Source: Dehalococcoidia bacterium (GTDB taxonomy: Bacteria > Chloroflexota > Dehalococcoidia > Lucifugimonadales > VXLM01). From it: a DNA stretch of 64,000 nucleotides. Positions within the stretch are counted from its first letter, which is position 1. The number at the start of each line of letters is the position of its first letter. Location of the stretch: NCBI GenBank assembly GCA_963662435.1, contig OY759598.1:1024507-1088506 (forward strand), written 5' to 3'. Positions 46,864 through 57,958 of this stretch are shown one piece after another. A model generated the notes under the pieces. It had not been told where the DNA came from. It worked only from the letters and a program-made list of their open reading frames with translations, and searched no databases. The translations under genes were made by a program, and so were the position numbers.

Positions 46864-48026
46864 CAGACGGTGCCGGCAGTGATCTCCACAGAATCCGCAG
46901 CGCCAATAAGCCCTTCGACCTCTTCAAGGAGCGTATCGAGTCCACTTCGCTCGACCGCTGAGATGAGCACAACCCCAGGGGGCGGATCTTCAAGGTCGAG
47001 CGTCGGCCGAGCCCCGTCTCCATTGGTTGAATCAAAATCACCCTGAAGCAGGTCGGTCTTGTTCAGCGCCAAAATCGTCGGCTTTTCGGCAACTTCGAGG
47101 TCTCTTAGGATACTCTCGACCTCTTCAATTTGGACTTCCAGGTTGGGATTCGATATATCGGCTACGTGCACTATGAGCCGCGCCTCTCTGGTCTCTTCCA
47201 GTGTGGCTCTAAATGCGGCTACGATAGCCGGAGGCAGTTTCTGAATGAATCCTACCGTGTCGGTGAACAGGACTTCCCTACCTGAAGCGAGCCGGACTTT
47301 CCTGGTGACTGGATCGAGAGTGCTGAACAGCTTGTCCTCCGCCACCACGCCGGCCTCGGTGAGGCTGTTCAGGAGCGTGCTCTTGCCCGCATTGGTGTAA
47401 CCTACCAGACTAACTACGGGTATGCCCTCGTTCCGCCTTCTTGAGCGGTACAGGTCGCGTTGACGACTTACTTGGTCCAGTTCCTTCCGTATGCGCTGAA
47501 TTCGATTGCGAACCAAGCGGCGGTCAGTCTCTATCTGCGACTCGCCAGGGCCCCTGGTGCCAATGCCGCCACCCAGCCGTTCGAGGTGCGACCACTGGCC
47601 GGCAAGACGTGGCATAAGGTATTCGTGCTGGGCCAGCTCAACCTGAAGGCGGCCTTCACGCGTCTGGGCCCGCGTGGCGAACACGTCCAGGATGAGTGCC
47701 GTGCGGTCAATGACCTTGACCTTCTCCTCGAGTGCGCGTTCCAGGTTTCGTTGCTGCGTAGGAGTCAGTTCGTCATCACAGATGACGCTGTCGATACGCT
47801 TTGCGGCAACAGCTTCCTTGAGCTGTTCCAGCTTGCCCTTGCCGAGATAGTAATGAGTGGGCTTACTGAGCCGCTGAGTGATCGAACCAACTACCTTGGC
47901 CCCGGCAGTCCGTGCAAGGTCAGCCAGTTCTGACAAAGAAGCTTGCATGGGTAGTGCTTCACGGCGTCGAAACACCTGAGCGCTGACCAGTAAGGCGCGC
48001 TCAGTCTTGCGGGCCGTTGGAATCAT
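46863..48026 (-). CDS. hflX: GTPase HflX
   Basis: GIGTRGPGESQIETDRR, VGYTNAGKSTL, DTVGFI, NKTD. Confidence 0.97.
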   Translation of the reverse strand: MIPTARKTERALLVSAQVFRRREALPMQASLSELADLARTAGAKVVGSITQRLSKPTHYYLGKGKLEQLKEAVAAKRIDSVICDDELTPTQQRNLERALEEKVKVIDRTALILDVFATRAQTREGRLQVELAQHEYLMPRLAGQWSHLERLGGGIGTRGPGESQIETDRRLVRNRIQRIRKELDQVSRQRDLYRSRRRNEGIPVVSLVGYTNAGKSTLLNSLTEAGVVAEDKLFSTLDPVTRKVRLASGREVLFTDTVGFIQKLPPAIVAAFRATLEETREARLIVHVADISNPNLEVQIEEVESILRDLEVAEKPTILALNKTDLLQGDFDSTNGDGARPTLDLEDPPPGVVLISAVERSGLDTLLEEVEGLIGAADSVEITAGTV

Positions 48027-48140
48027 TCCTCGAGCGATGGTACAGGTCCTCTCTTACGTGGCCATTCGACTACTGCCGGATACTATACCCCAAAATGGAG
48101 TAGTTATACAACGGAATTGTAGCCGTAACGCACGTTCCAG

Positions 48141-49301
48141 CTACGGACGCCAGCCTGACACTCGTTTGAGGGCTTTGTCAATCAACTCATCTTCTAGCGT
48201 AATCGACAATCGTACATAGCCCTCGCCCGCAGCTCCGTAATTTCCTCCCGGAATCATGAGGACGTCGGTATCCTCCAGGAGTTTTTCCGCAAACTCGGCC
48301 GACGTATAACCTTCAGGGACTCCAGCCCAAATATATAGACCGGCCTTGGGCGATTCGACCTTCATTCCTATTTCCTGCAGAACGGGTACGACGCGGTCGC
48401 GTCGGGCCTGGTACACCGCATTCCGGTCGTTCACCGACTCCAACGGACGCTTCATGGCCTCGATAGCCATGTGCTGCACTGCCTGTGGAACGCCGGAATC
48501 CAGATTCGACTTGATCGTCAGCAGCGCGTCAATCATATCGGCGTTCCCCACTGCCATCCCGATTCGCCAGCCTGTCATGTTGTAGGACTTCGACAGCGAA
48601 TGGAACTCAATTCCTACGTCCATCGCCCCTTCGGCCTGAAGGAAGCTCGGCGGAATGTATCCATCGTAGGCCACTTCCGTGTAGCAAGCGTCGTGCATGA
48701 TGGCGATATCATGCTTCTTAGCGAATTCTATGGCCTTGTCATAGTAGTTGAGGTCCGCTATTGCACCCGTTGGGTTATTCGGATAGTTGAGCCAGAGCAG
48801 CTTGGCTTTAGCCGCTACGTCTCCAGGTATCGAGTCGAGATCTGGCAGCCAGTCATTCTCCTCGTTTAGCGGCAACATATAGCTCTCGCCGCCCGCAAAT
48901 AGGGTGCCCATGGCGTAAACGGGGTATCCTGGATCGGGAACCAATGCTATGTCGCCGGCGTCAAGGAAGCAGAAAGCGACGTGACCGATGCCTTCTTTCG
49001 CCCCGATCAGAGAAATGACTTCCTTCTCAGGGTCCAATTCCACGCCAAATCTTCGCTGGTACCAGTCAGCGACGCCTTCTCGGAACTCCGGTAGGCCTTC
49101 GGACTCGGGGTATCGATGATTAGGGGAGTCAAGAGAGGCTTGCCCCAGCGCGTCGACTATATATTCCGGTGTCGGTATGTCCGGGTCGCCGATGCCAAAG
49201 CTTATGACTTCGATGCCCTGAGCCTTCTTTTCGGCAATCTTCCTGCTGATCTGCACGAAGAGATACGGTGGGACCCTGTCCATTCGCTCCGAAAACCTCA
49301 T
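48141..49301 (-). CDS. dapL: LL-diaminopimelate aminotransferase
   Basis: PPYLF, GIGDPD, NYPNNPTG, FHSLSKSYNMTGWRIG; adjacent to dapF. Confidence 0.88.
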   Translation of the reverse strand: MRFSERMDRVPPYLFVQISRKIAEKKAQGIEVISFGIGDPDIPTPEYIVDALGQASLDSPNHRYPESEGLPEFREGVADWYQRRFGVELDPEKEVISLIGAKEGIGHVAFCFLDAGDIALVPDPGYPVYAMGTLFAGGESYMLPLNEENDWLPDLDSIPGDVAAKAKLLWLNYPNNPTGAIADLNYYDKAIEFAKKHDIAIMHDACYTEVAYDGYIPPSFLQAEGAMDVGIEFHSLSKSYNMTGWRIGMAVGNADMIDALLTIKSNLDSGVPQAVQHMAIEAMKRPLESVNDRNAVYQARRDRVVPVLQEIGMKVESPKAGLYIWAGVPEGYTSAEFAEKLLEDTDVLMIPGGNYGAAGEGYVRLSITLEDELIDKALKRVSGWRP

Positions 49302-49459
49302 TTTGCCTCCGCTACGACTAAGACTGTTAATTGGTGTTCTTCCAATATTCGGCCAAAGACTTGCTTTGTGTGTATGTTAGCTCGTTTAGCTTAGAAATTT
49401 CGTGCATGATGGCAGTCGTTTGGTGTATAGCATAGCCTGTGTATTAGATGAGTCTAAGA

Positions 49460-50311
49460 CTATACCTGGCCCGTAAATACCTCTGCCACGGGTCCTTCAA
49501 GGACGACCGCTCCCTCTCCGGGCCATCTGACGACGAGATCCCCGCCGGGGAACGACGTTCGCACTTCGTCACCCTTAGTGCGTCGTTTCAACCTGGAAAC
49601 AACACCCACCGCGCAGGCGCCGGTGGCACACGCCATCGTTTCCCCGGAACCTCGTTCCCAAACTCTAACCTTCAGGTGACTCTCGTCGATAATGTTCACG
49701 ATCTCAAAGTTCACCCTGTTGGGAAAGAGCGGGTGGTGTTCTACCAGAGGACCGAGTTGGAAGAGTGGGACCTCGTCTACTGGTTCGTCAATGAATGCCA
49801 CGGCGTGGGGATTCCCCATGGAAACGGCGTTAATCTCGAACGTAACGCCATCGACGGTCAAAGGATAGTCCATTACCATCGCCCGATCGTCGAGCGCGAC
49901 CGGAATCTCCTCGACCTCTAACCGCGGCTCACCCATGCTCACCCTGGCCCATACCACCTTGTCATCTTCCCAGGTAGGCGTCACTTCGAGGTCTCCGGCG
50001 AGGGTTTCCACCAGCACGGGGGAAGTCCCGCGCGGCACGATGTCTTTCTTGAGCGCAAATCCAATGAGGCACCGAATGCCGTTTCCGCACATCTCCGCTT
50101 CTGAGCCGTCTGCATTGAACATTCTCATTCGAAGGTCGGCGTGATTGGATTCCAAAGCGAGGATCAAGCCATCAGCTCCAACACCTGTGTGACGGTCACT
50201 CAGACGTGCTGAGATCGCCGGCCAGTCTTCGCTCTTGGCGCGGGCGTCGACATAGATGTAGTCGTTTCCTGCACCATGCATCTTGGTAAATTCCAAGTTC
50301 GACCTCCCCAA
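49460..50311 (-). CDS. dapF: Diaminopimelate epimerase
   Basis: FTKMHGAGND, EMCGNGIRC, SMGNPH, WERGSGETMACATG. Confidence 0.97.
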   Translation of the reverse strand: MGRSNLEFTKMHGAGNDYIYVDARAKSEDWPAISARLSDRHTGVGADGLILALESNHADLRMRMFNADGSEAEMCGNGIRCLIGFALKKDIVPRGTSPVLVETLAGDLEVTPTWEDDKVVWARVSMGEPRLEVEEIPVALDDRAMVMDYPLTVDGVTFEINAVSMGNPHAVAFIDEPVDEVPLFQLGPLVEHHPLFPNRVNFEIVNIIDESHLKVRVWERGSGETMACATGACAVGVVSRLKRRTKGDEVRTSFPGGDLVVRWPGEGAVVLEGPVAEVFTGQV

Positions 50312-50360
50312 GTCTCAGGGTCGTCCAAGTATATCATTCCAAGTCCATCGAGACCCGAAT

Positions 50361-51308
50361 TTACCGCAATGACAGGTGGTCCAACTCAGGCTGAGAAACA
50401 AATCTGACAACCTCTTCAATGCTTCTTGCCTCGTTCGGAAACCAGCGGATTCGCTCGTCTTCCGTTCTAAACCAATTTCCCTGCTGACGCGCGAAGCGCC
50501 TGGTCTTCGCCTTGATCGCTTCGACTGCGTCATCCAGTGTGCGCTCGCCATTCAGATTCTCAGAGATTTCGCGGTAGCCAAGGCTGGACAATGAAGGCAG
50601 TTCAGGGCCGAAGCCCATCTCATGGAGCTTTCGCACCTCCCCTACCCATCCGGCTTCGAACATCGCCTCCACGCGGGCGTTTATGCGGGCATACAGCTCC
50701 GAGCGGTCCATAGCAATTCCAATAATCGCTGCATCGAACGGCGGCGATAACTTCGTTGGCGTTTCTGGTTCACCGCAAGAGGACTCGTAAGCGAGTTCAA
50801 GCGCCCTGATTACTCTTCGAGGATTTACAACGTCAATTCGCTGCGCGGCTTTGGGGGCGACTCTTCGAAGTTCATCAACGAGATCGGTGAGGCCATTTCG
50901 TCTCAGTCGCTCTTGCAGCTCTTCCCTGAGTGAGTGGTCGGGCGAGACCTCTGGCACGTTCCACCCCTCAAGCAAGGCCCAAACGTACTGGCCGGTGCCG
51001 CCCACTACAATGGGCACGCGTCCACGCTCTTGTACTTCCGATATGGCTTCACGCGCCTGGCGAACGAAGAGTGCCATGTTGTATTCGTCAGAGGGGTCGA
51101 CAATGTCGATAAGGTGGTGGCGTACACGCTGCCGCTCTTCCAATGACGGTTTGGCCGTTCCAATGTCCATATGGCGGTAGACCTGACGGCTGTCCGCGCC
51201 GATTATCTCCCCACCTACGGAAACGGCGATCTGCATCGCCAGCTTCGATTTGCCCGAGGCGGTTGGCCCGACGATGGCCACAACCCTGTCGCGCTCCGCA
51301 GCAGACAT
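50361..51308 (-). CDS. miaA: tRNA dimethylallyltransferase
   Basis: GPTASGKS, ADSRQVYRHMDIGTAKP, VGGTGQY, TRRFARQQ. Confidence 0.97.
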   Translation of the reverse strand: MSAAERDRVVAIVGPTASGKSKLAMQIAVSVGGEIIGADSRQVYRHMDIGTAKPSLEERQRVRHHLIDIVDPSDEYNMALFVRQAREAISEVQERGRVPIVVGGTGQYVWALLEGWNVPEVSPDHSLREELQERLRRNGLTDLVDELRRVAPKAAQRIDVVNPRRVIRALELAYESSCGEPETPTKLSPPFDAAIIGIAMDRSELYARINARVEAMFEAGWVGEVRKLHEMGFGPELPSLSSLGYREISENLNGERTLDDAVEAIKAKTRRFARQQGNWFRTEDERIRWFPNEARSIEEVVRFVSQPELDHLSLR

Positions 51309-51315
51309 GGGAGTG

Positions 51316-52071
51316 TTACCCTGATGCGGCGCGGGCGTTCTTGACCAATTCGACGAATATTTCAGCGCTTAGGCTCGCGCTACCCACAAGAGCGCCGTTG
51401 ATGTCCGGTTGGCTGATGAATCCGGCTGCATTGCTTGCGTCCACGCTCCCGCCGTAAAGAAGTGGCAGATCGAGCGCCGAGCGGCCAAAGTCCTCTTGCA
51501 TCAGGCCTCGAATGAACTCCATGACGTGCTGAGCGTCTGCCGGGCTGGCGGGTAGACCTGTTCCTATGGCCCATACGGGCTCGTAGGCTATGATCATGCC
51601 GTCGAGCGATGGGACTTCCCTGAGGGCGCCGCGTACTTGTCTTTGGATCACGACGGTGGCATAGCCCTCTTCCCGTTCGGACAGGGTCTCCCCTACGCAC
51701 AGAATCGGGTTCAGTTCCACCTCGATTGCCGCGGCGACTTTCTTGGCCACAATCTCGTCGGTCTCACTAAACTGCTGCCGCCTCTCCGAATGGCCGAGGA
51801 TGACGTAGTCGCAGAGTTCCTTGACCATCGCGGGTGAGACTTCCCCCGTATGCGCTCCCTTGGACTCGTGGTGCATGTTCTGGGCTCCCACCAAGACCTC
51901 AGAGCCTTTGAGACGCTCTGACACCGTCGAAAGAGAGAGTGAAGGAGGGCAGACGATCTTCTTCACGCCTTGCACGTCCTGAAGGCCGTCACGAAGGTGC
52001 TCGGCGAAGTCCCCCGCTTCTGAGGGAAGGACATTCATCTTCCAGTTGGCTGCGATAACGAGGTCGGGCAC
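51316..52071 (-). CDS. tpiA: Triosephosphate isomerase
   Basis: AANWKMN, GHSERR, AYEPVWAIGTG, YGGSV. Confidence 0.98.
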   Translation of the reverse strand: MPDLVIAANWKMNVLPSEAGDFAEHLRDGLQDVQGVKKIVCPPSLSLSTVSERLKGSEVLVGAQNMHHESKGAHTGEVSPAMVKELCDYVILGHSERRQQFSETDEIVAKKVAAAIEVELNPILCVGETLSEREEGYATVVIQRQVRGALREVPSLDGMIIAYEPVWAIGTGLPASPADAQHVMEFIRGLMQEDFGRSALDLPLLYGGSVDASNAAGFISQPDINGALVGSASLSAEIFVELVKNARAASG

Positions 52072-52137
52072 AGGCGCTTACCTTGTGGTCCGGATTCTCA
52101 CTGAGACCGAATTGTACACGACCTGGGGATTCTCGCC

Positions 52138-53343
52138 CTAAGGACCGTATTTTTGAAGTTTGCCCGCATTTGCGAGCGCCAACGTCATCACGCTGGTGGC
52201 CTGTATGGACCCAATCGATCCTGAGGCGCAGACTCGTTCCGAAAACACCCCTACTTCGTCGCCAACGTACATCGGCGACTTCACCATGAAGGGCACGGGA
52301 TGCCAGCTGTGACTCCCCATGATCGCGGGTGTGGAGTGATCGCCCGCGACGACAAGCGTGTCGATCTCTTGCTCCAACAGGCGGGGTATTCGGGCGTCAA
52401 GGTCCTCAAGCGTCTCCACCTTTGCCTCAAAGTCCCCATCCTCGCCCGCCGCGTCCGCCGGCTTGTAGTGCAGGAAAAAGAAATCGTGCTGTTGAAATGC
52501 CTTTTCAAAGGTATCAAGCTCGTCATCGAAGGACCCGCCTGTTGGAATGACCTTCATTCCCAACAAATGGGCTAAGCCCCTGTACATCGGGTATGCGGCG
52601 ATGGCCACCGGATTCAGTCGGTAAGTCTTGCCCATGTCCGGTAAGTCGGGCAAGGCTGAAAAACCCCTCAGGAGCATCATGTTGGCCGTTGGCTGGTCCC
52701 GCAGGACTTTTCGGGTCTCCGAGGCGAAGGCGCGTACCGCGCCAGCCGTCTTTTCAGCCTCGGGGACGACTGCTCCTGCCCCTAGGGGCGGTACTCCAAG
52801 CGCCTGTGGATCAGTCTCGCTCACCCTTTCATCCAGTCCGTCACCGCTGATTACGAGCACGAAGCGATGATCGCTGACGGGATACACAGATAGATCGACA
52901 CTCGGGACTTCGATCGAGTTGAGAAGTTCAACTAGCAGAGCACTTTCGCATGTGGGAATCCTTCCCGCCCTTCTGTCGATCAGCAGGCCCGATTCGTCCA
53001 GAGTGCAGAAGTTTCCCCGCGCCGCAACTTGGCCGGGTTTCAGATCGACGCCGATGCCTATGGCCTCAAGAACACCACGCCCAATCAGGTACTTGACCGG
53101 ATCGTAGCCAAAAAGTGACAAATGACCCGGCCCGCTCCCGGGCGTTATGCCCGGCGCTACAGGCGTTGTGAGACCGCAGGCGCTCTCAGCTGCCAGTTGG
53201 TCGAGGTTCGGTGTGTTGGCGGTCTCCAGTTCCGACTTTCCGGTATCGGGATGGGGCAGGCCACCAAGACCGTCTACAACCAGCATGACAATCTTGCTTG
53301 GCGTGGGAGTGCATAGCTCCGCAATTCCAGGAAAATCGATCAT
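52138..53343 (-). CDS. apgM: 2,3-BPG-independent phosphoglycerate mutase, ApgM type
   Basis: VVDGLG, TPGSGPGHLSLFGYDP, DRRAGRI, GDHSTP..HSWHPVP. Confidence 0.92.
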   Translation of the reverse strand: MIDFPGIAELCTPTPSKIVMLVVDGLGGLPHPDTGKSELETANTPNLDQLAAESACGLTTPVAPGITPGSGPGHLSLFGYDPVKYLIGRGVLEAIGIGVDLKPGQVAARGNFCTLDESGLLIDRRAGRIPTCESALLVELLNSIEVPSVDLSVYPVSDHRFVLVISGDGLDERVSETDPQALGVPPLGAGAVVPEAEKTAGAVRAFASETRKVLRDQPTANMMLLRGFSALPDLPDMGKTYRLNPVAIAAYPMYRGLAHLLGMKVIPTGGSFDDELDTFEKAFQQHDFFFLHYKPADAAGEDGDFEAKVETLEDLDARIPRLLEQEIDTLVVAGDHSTPAIMGSHSWHPVPFMVKSPMYVGDEVGVFSERVCASGSIGSIQATSVMTLALANAGKLQKYGP

Positions 53344-53359
53344 CGTGTCGTTCTCGTCT

Positions 53360-54547
53360 TCATTCTGCGTCCATAAGGCCCACAACGCCTGGTAGTTCCC
53401 GACCCTCTAGGAATTCGAGCGATGCGCCGCCTCCGGTGGAAACGTGAGTCATCTGATCGGAAAGTCCTAGACGGGTCACGGCGTCTGCAGTAGAACCGCC
53501 CCCGATCACTGAAATAACCCCTTCCAGGGCCGCCAGGGCCTCTGCGAGGCGTCTTGTCCCTGCCGAGAAGGCTTCCCACTCAAATACTCCCATTGTGCCA
53601 TTCCAGAGAACAGTTCCCGCACCCACTAGCGCGTCTGCGTACCTCTCCGCTGTCGCGGGGCCTATATCCAATATTCGCCAACCAGGCTCAATATCCTCCA
53701 CATCGACAATCCTAGTCGGTGCATTCGCGGCAAATTTCGTGGACAGGACTACATCGGAAGGTAACATCACCGTGGTCTCACCGCTATCAATTATCTCCCC
53801 TGCCCGTCCGACAAGGTCATTCTCGATAAGCGAGTCGCCGATTTCCAGCCCTTGCGCTCTGAGGAACGTTGCAGCCATCCCGCCGCCTACAAGGAATGTG
53901 CTCGCCCGTCCGGTGAATCTCTCTATGACCGGCAGCTTGTCCGACACCTTCGCTCCGCCTACGATGGTCACCAACGGGTGCTTGGGAGAATCTAATACCG
54001 CACCCAGCATTTCCAGTTCACGGTTCATCAAGTGCCCGGCTACCGAGGGCAGAAAATGGGTCACACCCTCAGTTGATGCGTGCGCCCGATGCGCGGCCCC
54101 GAAGGCGTCATTCACGTACACGTCAGCCAGACTTGCGAGTTCCCGCGCGAACGCGGTGTCGTTGCCCTCTTCACCGGGACTGAACCGCAGGTTCTCGAGC
54201 ATGATGATGTCTCCAGGGGACATCGTATCGATGGTATGCCGAACGTCGGCCCCAGTCGGCTCGCTTGCCTGCACGACGGGGCGACCAAGCAGCTTCGTCA
54301 GGCGGTCTGAGACAGGCAACATCCGTAGTTCCGACTCCACTTTTCCCTTCGGCCTGCCTAGGTGTGAGCAAAGGATGATTCTGGCGCTACGGGACAATAG
54401 GTATTCAATAGTCGGCAGCGTCGCCTGAATACGGGAGTCATCCGAGATGGTGGTCGTGTTCGGAACAAACGTGACGTTGAAGTCCGCTCTGAGCAGGACC
54501 GCCTTGCCATCAACCTCGATATCCCTAACAGTCCGTTTGCGTGCCAC
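53360..54547 (-). CDS. pgk: Phosphoglycerate kinase
   Basis: LRADFNV, SHLGRPKG, LENLRF, VNDAFGAAHRAHAS, STGGGASLEFLEG; GTG 54547. Confidence 0.97.
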   Translation of the reverse strand: MARKRTVRDIEVDGKAVLLRADFNVTFVPNTTTISDDSRIQATLPTIEYLLSRSARIILCSHLGRPKGKVESELRMLPVSDRLTKLLGRPVVQASEPTGADVRHTIDTMSPGDIIMLENLRFSPGEEGNDTAFARELASLADVYVNDAFGAAHRAHASTEGVTHFLPSVAGHLMNRELEMLGAVLDSPKHPLVTIVGGAKVSDKLPVIERFTGRASTFLVGGGMAATFLRAQGLEIGDSLIENDLVGRAGEIIDSGETTVMLPSDVVLSTKFAANAPTRIVDVEDIEPGWRILDIGPATAERYADALVGAGTVLWNGTMGVFEWEAFSAGTRRLAEALAALEGVISVIGGGSTADAVTRLGLSDQMTHVSTGGGASLEFLEGRELPGVVGLMDAE

Positions 54548-54554
54548 GATTCCG

Positions 54555-55556
54555 CTATCCGGATAGTATGGATGCCGCGAGCCTGTTGAGAGTCTCCTTG
54601 GACGACGTAGGAATGCTGGCCTCATCCAACAAGGTCAGAGCCTCACTGTGAAGGTTCAACACCATGTCCTGTGCAAACTCCCTGCCGCCGCTCTCTTCGA
54701 GGATTTCACGTATAACGTCAACGTCCGCTGGGTCGAGAACTCGTTTGAAATAGATGTCTCCCAACCTGCGCTTGACCGAAACGTCCGCGTGCTCGACAGT
54801 GTAGACCAGCGGGAGAAGCTTCTTTTTGTTGAGTACCTCGTCGCTGGCCTCGTTCCTTCCCCAGAGTTCGTCCAGGTCATTCTGGACCTGTCGCGCGAGA
54901 CCAATCTTGGAACCGAATGCCGCAAGTACCCTTGCCAGCGATTCATCCGCCCCTCCCACGTGGGCGCCGAGATTCATGGCTCCGACATACAGTGCTGCGC
55001 CCTTGACAGACGCCATTGCGAGATACGGCTCAACACCCAGATCGATGCGTTCCCTGGCTTCGAGATCGCTAAATCGTCCTTCGCACAGGGCCAAGCTGGT
55101 CTCGTCGAGTATCTGTACTGCCCGGAACGTGCTGCTAGGGCCTAGGCCGCGCTCCTCAAGTCGGAACATCGCGATCCTGGCCATGGCATACATCGCGTCC
55201 CCGGCGTTGATGGCCTGCGCGGGGCCCCACTTCCACCACACAGAGTCTCGTCCTTCTCGCTGCGGACTGCCCGACTGCACGTCGTCGTGGATTTCAAGGA
55301 ATCCCTGCAGAAGCTCGAGGGCCGCCGCCGCGGGCAGGCAGCTGGAAACGTCCCCTCCGACAGCCTCACAGGCCGTCAGGCACGCCACGCCGTATCTGCG
55401 CCCCTTCACGGGACCCGGGTAGGGTGACCCTACGTCGCCCAAATCCCATCCCATGTGGTAGGTCATCATGTCGTACAGGGCAAGGTCACGCGAGCGGAAC
55501 ACATCGCGGAGTTCCGCTTCGACCGTCGCCTCGTATTCGGATGCCTGTGCTGCCAT
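54555..55556 (-). CDS. Polyprenyl synthetase family protein with degenerate motifs
   Basis: AAALELL..IHDDVQSG..WG..QAINAGD; second motif QNDLDE. Confidence 0.85.
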   Translation of the reverse strand: MAAQASEYEATVEAELRDVFRSRDLALYDMMTYHMGWDLGDVGSPYPGPVKGRRYGVACLTACEAVGGDVSSCLPAAAALELLQGFLEIHDDVQSGSPQREGRDSVWWKWGPAQAINAGDAMYAMARIAMFRLEERGLGPSSTFRAVQILDETSLALCEGRFSDLEARERIDLGVEPYLAMASVKGAALYVGAMNLGAHVGGADESLARVLAAFGSKIGLARQVQNDLDELWGRNEASDEVLNKKKLLPLVYTVEHADVSVKRRLGDIYFKRVLDPADVDVIREILEESGGREFAQDMVLNLHSEALTLLDEASIPTSSKETLNRLAASILSG

Positions 55557-55587
55557 GCCTACGCTCGCTTTAGAGTGTGTGCGCTTG

Positions 55588-56229
55588 CTAGGACGCCCCG
55601 ATTGCGCGCCGAATGTCCTCCGACGTGATTCGACCTTCGCGAATTATGGTCGGACTGTCGCCTGAGAGGTCGATTACGGTTGACGAAATTGGTGCGCTGG
55701 TTGCTCCACCGTCTACAATGAGGTCGACGGCGCTTCCAAGCTGTTCTTCTACTTCGCTCGCGGTCGTCAGCGAAGGGGACCCGCTGAGATTGGCGCTCGT
55801 GCCGGTGATGGCCCTGCCAAGCAATTTGGATAGGTGGCGCGGAAGCCGGTGGTCGGGTACCCGGAGCCCTACAGTGTTGCGTCCCGCCGTCAGTCTTTCG
55901 GAGACTTGATCGCTCTTTCGCATGACGATGGTCAATTGCCCCGGCCAAAACGCACTTGCCAATGACCAAAAGGACTCCGGCACGCTGGAAACATACCGAT
56001 TCACCGATTCGGCGCAATCGATAAGCAAAGGCATCGCGAGGTTGGACGGTCTGCCTTTGATGCGATAGAGCCGCTCGACTGCATCGTCGTCATCGAATGC
56101 CGCCGCGAGTCCGTAGACCGTATCCGTGGGAATCGCTACGACACCGCCGTTACGGAGAACCCGGACCACGTCATCCACGCGGCCGCCAAGCGTCTCCGAG
56201 ACTGGAACGATAGGTGATGTCGCAGGCAT
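55588..56229 (-). CDS. tsaC: L-threonylcarbamoyladenylate synthase (TsaC/YrdC)
   Basis: IPTDTVYGL, IKGRP, FWPGQLT, GTSANLSG, STVID. Confidence 0.93.
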   Translation of the reverse strand: MPATSPIVPVSETLGGRVDDVVRVLRNGGVVAIPTDTVYGLAAAFDDDDAVERLYRIKGRPSNLAMPLLIDCAESVNRYVSSVPESFWSLASAFWPGQLTIVMRKSDQVSERLTAGRNTVGLRVPDHRLPRHLSKLLGRAITGTSANLSGSPSLTTASEVEEQLGSAVDLIVDGGATSAPISSTVIDLSGDSPTIIREGRITSEDIRRAIGAS

Positions 56230-56274
56230 TTCAAGCTTGACTCAGTATAGCACAGGTGCTACCTTTGGAAGCCC

Positions 56275-57951
56275 TTGAAAGTGCGCGACAACGTCACCCC
56301 TAACCAGAGTCGGCGAACACCCGAACGGGACGAAGCATACCTTACTTCTGACGTGTTGGACTCCCAAGATATAGCGGCGAAGATTCCCCATTCCGACATT
56401 CACCACCGCACTCAGCGCGAGTCCGTACTAGTCATTGATTTCGGATCCCAGTACAGCCGCCTGATTGCACGCCGGGTGCGCGAGGCAAACGTCTACTGCG
56501 AGTTGATTCATCACACGGCCGGTTGGGATGACGTCGAGCACCTGAACCCCAAGGGAGTCATCCTTTCCGGCGGTCCCGCGAGCGTCTACGAATCTGGCGC
56601 ACCACTGGCCCCTCAGTGGGTATTCGACAGAGACCTTCCGGTTTTGGGAATCTGCTACGGCATGCAGGCGCTCGTCCACCAGCTTGGAGGACAGGTCGAG
56701 CCCAGCAGTAAGCGGGAGTATGGCCACGCGATTCTGGAGCAACAAGGTACAGAGCATCCTATATTCGCCGGGCTCTCTTCTTCTTTCCCCGTTTGGATGA
56801 GTCACGGCGACCGCATTACCGTACAGCCTCAGGGTTTCACCACCGTCGCCCACACCGAGAATTCCCCCGTCGCCGCCACGTCGAACGAAAAAAATGTCAT
56901 AGGCATCCAGTTTCACCCAGAGGTGGTCCACACCCCTGACGGGACCCGCATAATTGAGAACTTCGTCCACGCAATTTGCGGTTGCGACCGTAGTTGGAAT
57001 CCCAGCAATTTCATCGAGGACGCGGTTGAAGACATCCGAAGTCAGGTGGGCGACGGCAAGGTCATTTGCGCGCTGTCAGGCGGGGTAGACTCCGCGGTTG
57101 CCGCAAGCCTCGTGCACAAGGCCGTCGGCGATCAACTTACCTGCATCTTCGTAAACAACGGTTTCATGCGCCATGAAGAACCTAAACGCATACTCGATAC
57201 CTTCAGGCGCAATTTGAACGTTAATATCGTATACGTCGATGCTGCCGACGAGTTCGTGGACGCCCTAAGCGAGGTTATCGACCCCGAGGACAAGCGCCGC
57301 ACCATCGGCGAACTTTTCATCAGGATTTTCGACCGTGAGGCCGCTCGCTTGGGCGAGGTGGACTTCCTCTCCCAGGGGACTCTCTATCCCGACGTTATCG
57401 AAAGCCAGACACCTGGCGACAATGTTTCCGCCAAGATCAAGACCCACCACAACGTAGGCGGTCTGCCTGAGGACATGAAGCTGGAACTGGTAGAGCCGCT
57501 TAGGTATCTGTTCAAGGATGAAGTGCGCATGGTCGGCTTGGAGCTCGGCCTTGCCGAGGAAATGGTCTACCGACAGCCGTTCCCCGGACCCGGCCTCGCG
57601 ATTCGTGTCATGGGCGCCGTCACCCGCGAGAAGCTCGATACGCTCCGCGCCGCCGACTGGATCGTCATGGACGAGATCAAGGCTAATAACCTCTATCGCG
57701 ACCTGTGGCAGAGTTTCGCCGTGCTGACGGACACGATGAGCGTCGGCGTCGTTGGCGACTTCCGCTCCTATGGGTACGTCGTTGCCGTGCGGGCCGTGAC
57801 GAGCGACGAGGCCATGACGGCAGACTGGGCCCGTCTGCCCCACGACGTTCTTGGCCGCATATCCAACCGCATCGTCAACGAGGTCCCGTCAGTTAGCCGT
57901 GTGGTATACGACATCACGAGCAAACCGCCAGGCACCATCGAGTGGGAATGA
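56275..57951 (+). CDS. guaA: GMP synthase (glutamine-hydrolysing)
   Basis: [34 protein letters not shown]; exact start uncertain. Confidence 0.97.
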   Translation: MKVRDNVTPNQSRRTPERDEAYLTSDVLDSQDIAAKIPHSDIHHRTQRESVLVIDFGSQYSRLIARRVREANVYCELIHHTAGWDDVEHLNPKGVILSGGPASVYESGAPLAPQWVFDRDLPVLGICYGMQALVHQLGGQVEPSSKREYGHAILEQQGTEHPIFAGLSSSFPVWMSHGDRITVQPQGFTTVAHTENSPVAATSNEKNVIGIQFHPEVVHTPDGTRIIENFVHAICGCDRSWNPSNFIEDAVEDIRSQVGDGKVICALSGGVDSAVAASLVHKAVGDQLTCIFVNNGFMRHEEPKRILDTFRRNLNVNIVYVDAADEFVDALSEVIDPEDKRRTIGELFIRIFDREAARLGEVDFLSQGTLYPDVIESQTPGDNVSAKIKTHHNVGGLPEDMKLELVEPLRYLFKDEVRMVGLELGLAEEMVYRQPFPGPGLAIRVMGAVTREKLDTLRAADWIVMDEIKANNLYRDLWQSFAVLTDTMSVGVVGDFRSYGYVVAVRAVTSDEAMTADWARLPHDVLGRISNRIVNEVPSVSRVVYDITSKPPGTIEWE

Positions 57952-57958
57952 TGGCCAA

